DNA of 64,000 nt from Octopus vulgaris. Lineage: Eukaryota. Below the pieces are notes generated by a model, which saw nothing but the letters and a program-made list of their open reading frames with translations, searched no databases and was not told where the DNA came from. This document shows positions 44,601-58,703 of this stretch, in pieces (within the stretch, counting starts at the first letter, position 1; each line of letters opens with the position of its first letter). Position numbers and translations under genes: made by a program. The DNA is taken from contig OX597814.1 of assembly GCA_951406725.2 (NCBI GenBank), positions 19,654,001 to 19,718,000 on the forward strand. The letters run 5' to 3'.

Positions 44601-44769
44601 CCCATTTTGAGATAATAACGGAGCTTCTACGTGGGTCACACGATCTGCTTGAAACAGCAACCAAAACTTCCAACCATACCCTCCACCCTGATATACCCTC
44701 CACCCTTCATCAGGTTTCTTGGGGAAACATCGAACCTGGGTTCTCATTCCTAAGCTATTTTTCGATGTT

Positions 44770-45261
<492 letters not shown>

Positions 45262-45297
45262 CAGATTCTCAGTTCGATTTCAGGCAGTGACTTGTAT

Positions 45298-45573
45298 AAT
45301 AATAATATATATTAGTTGTGACCGCCTTGTCATTTTAGTAAAAAATAGAACAACACCCAGAAACCTAGCTCTGTGAGTGTCACGTAAGGCTAGAGATGGG
45401 ATCGATGACCTCCCTTGTAAATGGTATACGGACATAAACTGTGAGTCGAAAGCCAGCTGTAAAAGATGTTTTCCTGGGGCTAAAACAACAGTAACATCGT
45501 CCTTTATAGGACTGCCACATTCTTTTGGCACATAAACATTACTATACATAATACATATACACACACACACACA

Positions 45574-45628
<55 letters not shown>

Positions 45629-46906
45629 ATTATATATATATATATATACATATATATACATATATATATATATATATATCACTAAACGACTATACAGTAT
45701 ATTTCCGCAATACCCCTTAGGTAATCCCAATAACCTTATAAATCTACATTTTAACTCTTAATCCCTATCTAATTCCTCACTCATTCTCGAATATCACAAC
45801 CATCTAATTATATTCGTGTGTATATGCGTGCATGCATATGTGCGTGCATGCATGCATATGTGCGTGTACATGTATGTGTGTATGTATGTGTGTATGCATG
45901 AGTGTGTGTGTATGTGTGAATGTATGTATGCAAGTTATATATACCTGCGTGTATAGGGGTGATAATACATACAGATACACGTATATATGGATAAGCATGT
46001 GTACATATACATATGAGTACGGGTTGTATATGTAGCTATTGATATGTATAAACATATGTACAAATATACATATACATGTCTAATATATACATATGTATAC
46101 TTCTTCACATATATATTTTCTTCTACTACTAAGCACTGACCTGTCCAACCACCTAATCTATATTCCTAAATTCTTCATTCCATACTACTACCTGTCTCTC
46201 TGCCCCATCACTTAGGCTCTATCATTACATAACTGACACTCCTTTACCTTTTACATTATTATACCTCTCTCTCTCTCTCTCACCCTCGTTCCTTCTATCT
46301 TTTTACACTCTAATACCTTTCTCTCTCTATCACCCTCATCTCCCCATTCCTACTTTCAAATTAACTTGACTGACCTCTAGCTTGTACACTTTCCCTTATT
46401 ATCTCTCTCTCCTTGTTTTTCTTTTTCTTTTTTCTTTCTTTTCTTTATTCCTCTCTTGCTGTTTTTTTCTTCTTTTTTCTTCTTTTTTCCTCTTTTCTTT
46501 ATTCCTCTCATCCTGTTTTCCATTTGACCTCACAAACACATTCCCTACTTTTAGGGTCACTTTAAATAAAAACCCTTGATTCAATAGCACTGTGTACAAA
46601 CATTATACTTGGAATGACCAATTTTAAATACTATTGGATTGTACTCACAAGGTATTGGAATCTAATTCTGCATAAATAATGGATCTACAAATGCAATATC
46701 CCTGCATATCTCACATCTATTTTCATTCTTCCACTTCACTCGCTATTTTGTATCCCATCTAAATTAATTATTATTTAACCATCCTCTCACACCGTCTCCG
46801 ATGAAGGGATATAATAAATATCCTGGGAACAGCTGTAAGACCTTCTATTTATAAATGTTCTAAAATCTTCACAGCCTTGGTTTTTTTTGTTTCTCATTCT
46901 GAAAAA

Positions 46907-46910
<4 letters not shown>
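45298..46910 (+). mobile_element. Non-coding PLE-derived element (long 3' UTR, HHR, then (TA)n)
   Basis: 5' part duplicated at 24478; terminal HHR at 46794; half HHR at 45360; continuity across the whole span is inferred. Confidence 0.55.
46794..46841 (+). ncRNA. Minimal type I hammerhead ribozyme (U4C core, GAAAC mutated to GGAAC)
   Basis: GTCT-CCGATGA-A-GGGATAT AATAA ATATCCT-G-GGAAC-AGCT-GTA-AGAC. Confidence 0.65.
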
Positions 46911-46979
<69 letters not shown>

Positions 46980-47039
46980 TAATGCAAAACTAGGCATAGC
47001 TGACATAAATCGTTGAAATTATTGGTAGAGGAAGTCTTC

Positions 47040-47273
47040 CTCTCTTTTACTCATTTACTCTTTTACTTGTTTCAGTCATTTGACTGCGGCCATGCTGGAG
47101 CACCGCCTTTAGTCGAGCAAATCGACCCCGGGACTTATTCTTTGTAAGCCCAGTACTTATTCTATCGGTCTCTTTTGCCGAACCGCTAAGTGACGGGGAC
47201 GTAAACACACCAGCATCGGTTGTCATGCAATGCTAGGGGGACAAACACACACACACAAACACACACACATACG

Positions 47274-47329
<56 letters not shown>

Positions 47330-47494
47330 TACGGCAGGCTTCTTTCAGTTTCCGTCTACCAAATCCACTCACAAGGCATTGGTCGGCCCGGGGCTATAGC
47401 AGAAGACACTTGCCCAAGATGCCACGCAGTGGGACTGAACCCGGAACCATGTGGTTGGTTAGCAAGCTACTTACCACACAGCCACTCCTGCGTC
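47040..47494 (-). mobile_element. Full-length family A tRNA-SINE
   Basis: B box GGTTCAGTCCC on minus strand; matches 24-460. Confidence 0.88.
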
Positions 47495-47529
47495 TATACA
47501 AGAACATTATATGTACAGTAGTAGGCAGT

Positions 47530-48300
47530 ACTTAATCTCCATCTCAAGCGACGCATTTGCGCCATCGCTGAATTCGTCACACGAATCTCCTTTGGAAAAT
47601 TATATGTAAGCTCTTTTACCAAATAGTTTACAGTCACTTTCACCTCATCTGTGTTGTCAAATCGTTGTTCATTGGAGTGAACAGGTCCAATGAAGGACAG
47701 AGCGCCAGATTAAGGTTGAGCAGTGTAGGGAAGAGCACTGATCCGGCCTGTATGCTGATTGCCTGGTTTATTGCCAAATATGCGTGTGGTCACGCATTGT
47801 CTTGGTGAATGTGGATTGTCTTTAGATTTTTGTTCGGTCCCTTCCTACTAATGGCTACTCTAAGTATTTTGAGTGTCTCAATGTACTGCTTTTTAGTTCA
47901 CTGTGTAGTCACGTTCCAGAAAATCAAGGAGGATGATGCTCTTTTCCTCACACAGACATTCACCATGAGTTTCTTCTACGATCGCCGGCTCGTAAACTTG
48001 AGTCTTGGAGAAGAGTTGTGATGCCATTTCACAGACTGAGCTTTAGTTTCTGAATCATAAATGATCACGTTTAATTTTCTTGTCACCAGATGAAAAAGAA
48101 AAACTTGTTTTCATTAACTGCAAACATTTGCAAACAGATCGGAGCAGATTTTTGCCCTTCTTCTCTTTCAAATTGTTTTAATTGTCAAGGTACTCACTTT
48201 GCGCACACTTTTTGATACTTGAAGCAATGCATTTTCACCACATTTGCAACCTCATGGATTATGACATACCTGTCTGTGCCAATCAACAAATCAGTTCACT
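47530..48300 (-). pseudogene. Degenerate mariner transposase
   Basis: KVCAK*VP*QL (WVPxxL), YDSETKAQSVKWHH, IILLDFLE..TVN..YIETL, HQDNA*PH, RF...DEVK, RWRKCVA*DGD. Confidence 0.78.
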
Positions 48301-48343
48301 CGCTGCTAGCGATTTGTGTTGATGGTCTCTCGCTGTATGGTTT

Positions 48344-48567
48344 GCGGCGAGCTGGCAGAAACGTTAGCACGCTGGGCGAAATGTGTAGCCGTATTTCGTC
48401 TGCCGTTACGTTCTGAGTTCAAACTCCGCTGAGGTTGACTTTGCCTTTCATCCTTTCGGGGTCGATTAAATAAGTACCAGTTACGCACTGGGGTCGATAT
48501 AATCGACTTAATCCGTGTGTTTGTCCTCTCTGTGTTTAGCCCCTTGTGGGTAGTAAAGAAATAGGTT
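48344..48567 (+). mobile_element. Full family C SINE (Nin-domain-like)
   Basis: GCGGCGAGCTGGCAGAAACG head, GAGTTCAAAC B box, CTTTGCCTTTCATCCTTTCGGGGTCGA domain, CCCCTTGTGGGTAGTAAAGAAA tail. Confidence 0.85.
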
Positions 48568-49258
48568 TGCATTCAAGGCTGATTTCCCTTCATTTAAACT
48601 TCCTCCTCCATCTGTACACATTACTTTCGTCAATGGTGTCATCTCTGTTAAAAAACCTGTAACCTCCTGCTGAAGATAGCGATCAGAGGGCAAAACCTTC
48701 TTTGTCAAGATCTTAATGACTACATGTTAATTCCTGACTGGGACCCATTATTATCCTGCTCTCTACCAACCTATGCAATTTGAAAGGCCTCAGTCAATTA
48801 GAGAAAAAAAAAATTGAACTCACTTTCGAATCATTGTGTATGTGTGCATGTGTGTGCATGTGTGTGCATGTTACGTGTCTGTTATGTGTGTGCGTGTGAG
48901 CGTGTGCATGTATATGCATGCCTGTATGTAATGAAGCCTACACATATACATATATCACTATACTTCTCTCACTTTTCAATTTCCGTACCAGGTTTTCCCT
49001 TGCTCTCTTTTAGTCTTTCACCTCAAGACTTCTCTGCCTCTGCCTCTGCCCCCCTTCCTCCTTCCTCCTCCTCCTCCCCCTCTTGGCTTTTTTTTTAGCT
49101 TTCTTTTCATACTTCTTTTTCATTTTTTGATGTGTCTGATTGACTGCATTCGCACGCAGATTCCTTCTGTAGCTTTTCCCCGATTTTCTTACTATTTCGT
49201 CACTCCCTCTATGTATGTGTGTATCAGTCTGTCTGACTGTCTGTCTGCCTCTCTGTCG

Positions 49259-49289
<31 letters not shown>

Positions 49290-49473
49290 ACTTTCTAAAC
49301 CTTAACTCTAATTCAGACGAACAGTCGTTTAACCTTCACCAAGCAAAGCTGTCGATTAGTTTCAAGAAGACCTATCGCTGACAGCAAGTGCTAATTTTGC
49401 ACTTTATCATGGCACCGCCTAAAAATCCATTCCCCCTACCACCACCACCGCCACCACCACCACCACCACCATC

Positions 49474-49505
<32 letters not shown>

Positions 49506-49923
49506 CACTACACAAACCTATACTCACACCTTCCTCGCGATCACTTTTGGTAATTTTTCTTGTTTTGAAAGGCACAGTGAAAAGGCAACATTAAGATTCC
49601 AGCTCACGCAGTAAGAGAGTAATTAAAAGACGAGATTTCACGAGATTTGTAATTCTGTGACTTGATCTTTGATACGCATTTTTAAATTTTTTTTATTATT
49701 TTTATTTTTTTTTATTTTTCTTAAGACGGAAACTGAAATTACCAAATGTTGTTGTCGCTGTTCTTGCTGATTGCTCGTTGTACCAGACTCTGTACCTATG
49801 TGTGTGCATATGTGTGCAAGGATGAAGGTGAAAAGAAGGATTAGAGAGAGAAAGAGGGTGGTTGAGGAAGACCGAGAGAGAGAGGGAAGGAGAGAGAGGG
49901 AAAAGTTGAGAGAAAGGGTAATA

Positions 49924-49960
<37 letters not shown>

Positions 49961-50316
49961 CATCATCATCATCATCATCGTCGTCGTCGTCATCATCATC
50001 ATCCTCATCATCATCATCATGATCTTCCGTATTGTTGTTTATAATAGGATTAACAGGTGTGTATGACATACAGAATGACTGTATGAGTGAGAGAGAGAGA
50101 GTGAGGTGGAGAGATGGGAAAGAGAGGAGGAGAGAGGGAGAGAGGGGGAGAGAAGGAGAGTGAGGGTGGGGAGAATCAAGAGTATTAAAAGAGATATATC
50201 TACATTTATTACTCGAGATATCAGAAACACACACACGCACATACACATGCATTTATATATGCATGTGTATGTATGTCTGTGTGCGTGCGCATACGCAAAG
50301 ATATATACATACCTAC

Positions 50317-50353
<37 letters not shown>

Positions 50354-50354
<1 letters not shown>

Positions 50355-50721
50355 TGACCGAGGTTACCGTGGTCTTTTTCGTAGGCTTTTCTTCCCACGG
50401 ATAAACCTTATCTGCTTTCCCCTTTACACCGTACATCATGACACTGTGATGCACGATCCCTATTGATCGTTTTTTTTCCTCTTCCCCTTTTTTCCTCTTT
50501 TTTCTTCCTTTTTTATTCATTTTTTCTTATTTTTCCTTTTTCCCTTTTCTTTTTTTTTCTTTTTCCCCTTTTACGATCCCTTTTGATCGAAAACCTACGC
50601 CACTTTCTTTTGTTTCTTTTGATTTTTGTTTTATTTTCGTTTTTTTTCATCCCACAAAAGAAAAGCTCTACCTTGTAATTTCTCCCATCTGTGTGCAGCC
50701 CTGTGTGGCCAATAAAGAAAC

Positions 50722-50722
<1 letters not shown>
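50354..50722 (+). mobile_element. Probable LINE 3' UTR inserted in (TATC)n
   Basis: T-rich UTR ending GCCCTGTGTGGCCAATAAAGAAAC, (TATC)n on both sides, terminal ~30 bp repeated at 50927. Confidence 0.55.
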
Positions 50723-50783
<61 letters not shown>

Positions 50784-50852
50784 GTTTGTTTGTCTGTCTG
50801 TCTATCTATCTATATATCTATCTATCTATCGATCTATCAATCTATCTGTTTG

Positions 50853-50926
<74 letters not shown>

Positions 50927-50956
50927 GTGCAGCCCTGTGTGGCTAATAAAGAAACA

Positions 50957-51029
<73 letters not shown>

Positions 51030-51875
51030 GATTTGTTCCGGTTCTTTAAAATCTGATTCCTTTGGTAGCAGACTTTGGCCATCACCCTGTGTACTCTGAT
51101 GCAAGCATATGACTTAGGTCTCCTGTCTGAGATCAGCTTACTCCCTTTCGACTTTGCTTCCATCAAGAAACTCTGAAAAAATATAAAGCTCATAGGCTTG
51201 GCCTTCCCCTCTTTACTAAGCAGTAAAAAAATGTGACTCCGCTTTCATCAATTGATGCACCTTATAATAAATGTCTTCCAACTTCTTGAACTAACGCATG
51301 TCTCTTATTAAATTATATCTGCCCGCCTTTTGAAAAACCTTTTTCGGTTTCATCGTTGTTCTATCACTGCTTGTCTAAACTGCCTTTTACAATTTATATT
51401 TCACATTGTCAACAACACACCTTCCTTTCCTTACAAATCACAGCTTAGAATAATAACTTTGAACTCAACGAAGTATTAATCATGCACGTACCATACCTCT
51501 GCTACCTTTGCTAACGGATTACTTCTACTTTTGCTATCGTTGTTTAGTTTTCATTATATTTTATTTGATATTTGAAGCAATATTTCTCGAACATTTCATC
51601 ATACTACTTAATTTCCCACGCAGTACCACATATCTCTCACTACATCTACATACAATGAAGTATCTTAACGCAGCGAAATCGACCAGCTGGAAATAACAGC
51701 CAGTTCTCACTGAATTTGCTCCCTTAAGTCTCTTAAAAACACTGAGGAACTTCTTTAATTTACTCTGTCTAAAAGAGACTGTTGGTAATGGTTTGAACGT
51801 TTTTGATAACAGGTTTGTTGGATCAAGATTGCCTCCGAGTCAAACGATAAGAATTATATTATATCGGTCATAGTT

Positions 51876-52036
51876 CATCTGTCTTTACGTTCTGAGTTCA
51901 AATTCGGCAGAGGTCGACTTTGCCTTTCATCCTTTCGGGGTCTATAAATTAAGTACCAGTTCCGTACTGGGGTCGATCTAATCGACTGCCCCCACTCCTC
52001 CAAAATTTCTGGCCTTGTGCCTAGAGTAGAAAAGAT
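51876..52036 (+). mobile_element. Family C SINE, 5'-truncated
   Basis: GTTCTGAGTTCAAATTCGGCAGAGGTCGACTTTGCCTTTCATCC. Confidence 0.8.
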
Positions 52037-52727
52037 CAAATCAGTCATAGTTCTGCATAATGTTATCACACCAATGCTATCCTGCTATACTGAGATTAGC
52101 AAAGTAGCTAACGACCTAGAAGGTCAGTTGAACACGTCACCGACAAAACAACTATCGAATTGCCTTGAAATCATACTGTACCATCTTTTAAAAAAGAAGT
52201 GCATAACATTGATAGAAAAAACAGTATAGAGAAAACGGTATAGTCACGACTAGAAAGTCTTTGATGTGAGCATTGACCAAGTTAGAGTTAATCTAGCATT
52301 GAGCTGTAGCAACAGTCTTTGAAAGCAATTTTACAATAATTTCAGCAGATCCTTATGATTGTGCAGATGCTTCTTGTTGGTTTATGAGAGGCTCACTCTT
52401 TAATTAGATTGCAGTGCGGGTATGGTGATTGCTTTTCCAGTTTGAAGGTCTAATGACTTATTATAGGGAGAAAAACATGTTGCAGAAGGTTGCAAGTATG
52501 AGAGTAAATGGGGTGGTACTCAGTTGCTATTTCTAAGGAGCATGAACTAGTGTAGCAACTACAAAAGAGATACAGACAGACACAGTACACAGGGCAGTAC
52601 ATTAGCTGTTGTTTTAGGCCCAAGTCAGCCTTATTTGCTAAAACTTACGACCAAAAGCATTGCATGGTAATCTTTCATCTTTTCAAACACAATGTATCTG
52701 GGGTGGCGCCTTCCAATTTGTCCTTTA

Positions 52728-53130
52728 AAGGTGGTAAGCTGGCAGAAACGTTAGCACGCCAGGTGAAAAGCTTAGCGGTATTTCGTCTGCCGTTAACGTT
52801 CTGAGTTCTAATTCCGCCTAGGTCGACTTTGCCTTTCATCCTTTCAAGGTCGATAGATTAAGTACCAGTTACGCACTGGGGTCGATGTAATCGACTTAAT
52901 CCGTTTGTCTGTCCTTGTTTGTCCTCTCTGTGTTTAGCCCCTTGTGGGTAGTAAAGAAATAAGTATTTCGTCCGTCTTTACGATCTGAGTTCAAATTCCA
53001 CTGAGGTCGACTTTGTCTTTCATCCTTTCGGCGTCGATAAAATAAGTATCAGTTGAACACTAGGTTTGTTGTAATTGACTTTCCTCTCCCTCAAATTTTC
53101 TGGCCTTGTGCCAAAATTTGAAATCATTAT
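52728..53130 (+). mobile_element. Two tandem family C SINEs with different tails
   Basis: 52728-52965 matches 48344; 52961-53130 matches the 51876 type. Confidence 0.8.
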
Positions 53131-53480
53131 TAAACTGCAGCAGTATGTTTTGAAAGAAAATTAACTCGTTCTTGTACTAAAGACTGTAGTATGTAATTTA
53201 AATGTAGATTTGTTAATCAGACAGATGACTCGTTCTTGAATGCTTAAGTATGTGTGTAGTAGCTGCCCTATTCAGATGTGTAAGGTGTACTTTAGAATGA
53301 AATACAATTTCACTTTGTGGAGAACAGTAACTGTTCAGAGCTGAAAGAGTTTCTGTTCCTGAAGAGAAAGTCAAGTTTTGAGGAAATAATTTTTAGTTAT
53401 ATTAATAAATAACTAGAACTCCTCAGAGATTACGAGGCCTCACTAAAGTATTTTATGCACCGTGTTAATGGCACGATTAC

Positions 53481-53552
<72 letters not shown>

Positions 53553-53855
53553 TGTGTGTGTGAGAGAGAGAGAAAGAGAGAGAGAGGGAGAATCCGACAA
53601 GAATATAAGAACATATTTTTTGCACTCAAATCTCTGTACTTCTACAAACAGCGACTGTATTTGAATAAGAGGAAGAAACTAGCAGAAATCGCATCCCGAT
53701 TTCAATCTTCGGTAGAAATCATTTTATTTTACTCGCTCATTAAATACACTTGAGAAAGGTAAACATCAGAGTTTGCGACATCATCGACAGTGTGTTGCTT
53801 AGGGAATTTATAGTATTTGCAAGTGGAGATAGCTTTCATCACTAACTGGTGGTTG

Positions 53856-53901
53856 ACTCACACTGAGGACGGATTACATTCAGAAACCTAGGTCTGTGAG
53901 T
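53856..53901 (+). ncRNA. Minimal type I hammerhead ribozyme with intact core
   Basis: ACTCACA-CTGAGGA-C GGAT TAC ATTC A-GAAAC-CTAG-GTC-TGTGAGT: 7-bp stem I, palindromic ACCTAGGT stem III, GUC site (cut after 53894). Confidence 0.8.
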
Positions 53902-54070
53902 GTCACGTAAGGCTAGAGATGGGAGCGATGACCTCCCTTGCAAATGCTATATACGGACACAGACTATGTGTCGTTAGCCAGCTGTAAAAGATGTTTTCCT
54001 GGGGATAAAACAACAGTAGCATCGTCCTTTACAGGACTGACATGTTATGTTGACATATAAACATTACTAT
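53856..54070 (+). mobile_element. Solo pLTR-like repeat headed by a hammerhead
   Basis: Similar to 45358-45545, 24637-24822 (inverted) and 1935-2050. Confidence 0.7.
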
Positions 54071-54575
54071 CCGGTACTGTTATTGTATTTCTCTCGCTCA
54101 GAGAGTTAAAACGTTGTTTTTCTCGATAATTAATTTTTGTCTTTTCTAAAAGTACTCAATATTCTAAGGTAGGATTTGAACCCAGGATATATTGAGACAT
54201 GATTAATCATTATTCTATTAATTTTGTCATTCATCACTCAGTAATCGCGTCGATCATTTTGGGAATATTGTAGTTGATTTCATCGACCCACGCACATGAC
54301 TAGGACTTATTTAATCGACCCAGAATTGATAAAAGGGAACATTCAAGTTTCTTGGGATGTGAAACCAGGTTTAATTGTCAATAACCCCTTATGAAAATGA
54401 ATGGCACAAGGTTACATATCGTGATAAAGACTATAATTGATTAAATCTCTCCGAATATGAAAGTAGTGTTTTATATCGATCTCGGAGATGAAAGGCAAAT
54501 AGATTTTGATGAAATTTTAAACTCAAAACGAAGTGTTTGTGGTAACAGATATGATAGTAGTAGTAGTAGTAGTAT

Positions 54576-54646
<71 letters not shown>

Positions 54647-55416
54647 TCATCATTAAAGAAATCGATATTATTATTCAGACAAATCATTATTATTATTAAA
54701 GAAATTTCCATTTAACAGATTCTATGAGCGGTATCCCACGTTGCTCCAATGTTGTCTTGTCCCAATTCAGGCATCTTACCATATGATTTCTTGAGAATCA
54801 GTTTTTCGATATCATTATTCCTATGAAAGATTCCAGTTAATGTCAGTAATTGATGTATTTTAATGTCTCTGGAGTAGATTTCCTCTATAGTCTCGTCACC
54901 CCCAGCCAAATTCTTAGTAGAATATTATCTTGAAAGAGGAAAACTCCAGTTGCAATGATATCCTATCAAGTATAATATTCTTTGGTATATCTTGGTTTGC
55001 AGCACCTTTGTAAGACAGATTATCAATAATGGTTAGATATTCGTATCACATTTTGAGCGACAGAGAGATAAAAGTTTTTTGTAAAGTGTTTTTTCTAACG
55101 CTGACCTATCAAGTATGAACATTTCCTTTGGCCCAGTTTTGTCTCTCTTTCAGCTATTATAAAATGTTATTCACCCCGGCCATTTCACAGGATTACATTA
55201 GCAAAGTAATTGTGGGTCACTTTCGCGCCGCTTGCTGCTGCGGATCGTAGCCTACAACCACTTTTGAATTTTGTAACAGAAACGATAATGGATTTAATGT
55301 CAAAATAAATAAAATCACCGACAGTCTGTTTCCTTAAAATATTCTTTCTGATATATCGGAGACAATCGTTCTAGTGTAACAAGTGCGAGGGTTGTTGATA
55401 AATAAGCTTTGTAGTG

Positions 55417-55637
55417 GAGGTGCGTAGCTTAGTGATTAGGGTGTTGGATTCATGATCGTAAGATTGTTGTTTCGATTCCTGAACTGGGCGACGCGTTATT
55501 GTTCTTGAGCAAAACACTTTATTTAACATTAGTTCAGTTCACTCAACTGGTAAAATTGAGTAATCCTGCGATCGACAGGCGTCTCCTGTAGGGAGAAGAT
55601 ATATACTCCACAGAAACAGGGAAACCGGCCCTATGAG
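55417..55637 (+). mobile_element. Old tRNA-derived SINE with conserved central core (Meta/CORE-like)
   Basis: GGAGGTGCGTAGCTTAGTGATTAGG head, TTCGATTCC, GTTCTTGAGCAAAACACTTTA core, CAGAAACAGGGAAACCGGCCC tail. Confidence 0.65.
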
Positions 55638-56182
55638 TTTGTATGTAAACTTTCCAAAGGCAACGGCTAAGGCAGTAGGTAATTTCCAATGGCAACGGCT
55701 AAGGCATCTGGTAACTAAGTTGAGAAAGAGAGATAAACTCTATTTATTCATTTTTATTTTATTCATGTATTTATTTTTTGTCATTAGTACAAAATGTCTT
55801 AAGATTTCTGAGGCTTTTATTTTTACTTTCAACTACGTAAAAAATAATTTTTTCCAGCACATTCCACCTCACCAAACTGTTCACTTACCTGCCAATCAAT
55901 TATGATCTTGCTGGACTAAAAATGGTGTTGAAGACGATTTAATCAAACGTATACTAATGTAATCCTTATTGTCCTTTCTACACCTTGATGATTTTCCTTA
56001 CATGGTATTTAAAATGCAAAATTATATATTTATATATGCTTTGTAATTTTCATCGTGTTTCTGAAATGAAACAATTGTGGGTGAATATGTTGATTAATTA
56101 ATAAATGAATTTGCATCCATTAGGTCTCTCTGTTTTCTACCTCCATAATAATATTTGATATTTTACGATATTTTATATAATA

Positions 56183-56579
56183 CTAGCAGTATCGCCCGGC
56201 GTTGCTCGGGTTTGTAAGGGAAATAACTATATAAGCATTTTTAGAGAGTTATAGCCAAAAAATAGCAAAAAAATGCATTAAAAATGGAAAAGAAATGATG
56301 GTAATTTTTTTTTAAATCGTTGACTCATCGTAGACATTTTTAGAGAGTTACATCCCTTTATTTAAAAAATATGCGTTAAAATGGAAAAAAATGATGTTAA
56401 ATTATTTTTAAAATCGTAGACTCATCGTAGACGCGTGCTAATACCCAGAAGGGCTCGATATGAATCACGACTATAAGATACCCGGTTTTGGTTAAACTGC
56501 ACCGCAAAATGTGGGAGTAGTTAGGAATCTAAATCATAGGAGACAGACACTCACACAACTTCAGTTTTATATATATAGA
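56183..56579 (-). mobile_element. Complete non-autonomous Helitron (397 bp)
   Basis: Minus strand A|TCTATATATATAAAA ... CCCGAGCAACGCCGGG-CGATACTG-CTAG|T. Confidence 0.88.
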
Positions 56580-56864
56580 TATTCATTCAAGAAATATCGC
56601 TTCAAAATATAATATATTAAAGCAGTGTATTTTGGGAAAAATATCTCTATAAGCGGTTTAGATATATCCTCATTGTGACTATATATATTACATCTCTGTA
56701 TGAGTTTGTGTGTGTGTGTACGTATATGAATGTAGCTACGAATGCCTGTATATACGGATGTATGATATATACGCAAACAAGGATACGTGGGCGTACTTAG
56801 TAACATTTCTACATCTGTACTCATATAACTCAATCACATAATACACACACACACACGCACACAC

Positions 56865-56911
<47 letters not shown>

Positions 56912-57129
56912 CGTGTGTGTGTGTGCGTGTGCATGTGTGTGTGCATGTGCGTGTGTGTGTGTTTGTGTGTATTATCTCATTTTTCCTCCACGTTTCTGCA
57001 TAACCCCTCTCTCTCCCTCTCTCTCAATTTATAAATGTGCATTCTGTAAGTCCATACGTATCTATAAATGTATGTTTGTATTTATTGATGTATGTATGCA
57101 CGAGTATATACATCCACACACACACACAA

Positions 57130-57175
<46 letters not shown>

Positions 57176-57508
57176 GTACACTGTAACATTTTTATATATT
57201 TGTGGGAATGAATATATATATATATATATATATATACATTTATATATATCTATATATATACATATAAATTTATATATATATATATATATACATATCATGC
57301 ATATGCATATATCCATTCATATATATATGAATTATATATGCATAAATATATAAATATATATTATATACACACGTATATATATTTTTGTATGTATATATAT
57401 ATGTGAATATATACATACACACATATGTTTGTGTATATATATATATATATATATAAATATATGAATATGTATACATATATATTTTAACAAACACACACGC
57501 ACACATAC

Positions 57509-57585
<77 letters not shown>

Positions 57586-57897
57586 CATATATACTTATGC
57601 GATACATATTCTTGCAATAACAACAGTAAGACTCAGATTTTCTGTTGGTCTTCAGCCTGCTTCTGAACAGACCACCACCGATGACATAACTTTATAAAGA
57701 TTTATTTCACATTCTTCCCTCTAGGCATATCATTTCACTCTAGATTCAGTTTTAAACCAAATTCTTCACCTTTCCTATGTATATGCATATGTCTATTCAT
57801 GTTCATCTGTCTACATATTACATAACCACATACACATATACTCACATACAGCACATGAATAGACATATAACACACACATGGACATGTACGTATGTAA

Positions 57898-57933
<36 letters not shown>

Positions 57934-58045
57934 TATATATATATATATACATATACATATACATATACATATATATAGTAGTATGCACAGCTACCTCACC
58001 CTCACTCTTTGCATATATAGATAGATATATATGTATACATATGTA

Positions 58046-58124
<79 letters not shown>

Positions 58125-58283
58125 CCTCAGCATCCAATTTTCCTCATTCTACATTGAGAGAAGAAAGAGATGGACGCTTCAATTCTATGCTGCTGCCGCA
58201 TTATGTCGTACGTGAATGAGAGGATTTGCATCCCCAACCAAGAATTTTTGATGTAACACATGTCCTTGCGGAAGCTGTTGTGC

Positions 58284-58361
58284 GCGGCTGAAGAAGGCCA
58301 CAGACATACATTATGCATTGTTATAAATCTGTCTAATAAAGGCCCGAAACATATGTACCGC
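58284..58361 (+). ncRNA. Type I hammerhead ribozyme with intact core
   Basis: GCGG-CTGAAGA-A-GGCC-[41 nt including ACAGA/TCTGT]-GGCC-C-GAAAC-ATAT-GTA-CCGC; cut after 58357. Confidence 0.85.
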
Positions 58362-58479
58362 TGAATCCTTCGCATCATGTTTTTATTTTATTTTGATCAA
58401 TTTACTCCACCACCTACACCACCAAACGGTATACACAGGTGCTTATAATTATCAAGTACTCACCCCGAATTTCTATACT

Positions 58480-58555
<76 letters not shown>

Positions 58556-58661
58556 GTGCTTATAATTATCAAGTACTCACCCCGAATTTCTATACTCAAC
58601 TATATATATATATATATATATATGCTTATAATTATCAGTACCACCCCGAATTTCTATACTC

Positions 58662-58703
<42 letters not shown>

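Noticed and set aside
49380-49680. Enhancer-like cluster (TAAT, CTTTGAT)
   Set aside because: Short motifs are expected by chance in AT-rich DNA; conservation data would be needed
54712-55170. Possible ancient non-LTR retroelement coding relic on the minus strand
   Set aside because: No motif could be read with confidence
57624-57660. Minus-strand CTGAAGA-CCAACA-GAAA...GTC
   Set aside because: No stem II or convincing stem I; could be chance
58216-58252. ATGA...AA...TGAT SECIS-like pattern in the pLTR (some Naiads are reported to be selenoproteins)
   Set aside because: The helix is weak and the visible ORF has no in-frame UGA; the only break is a frameshift
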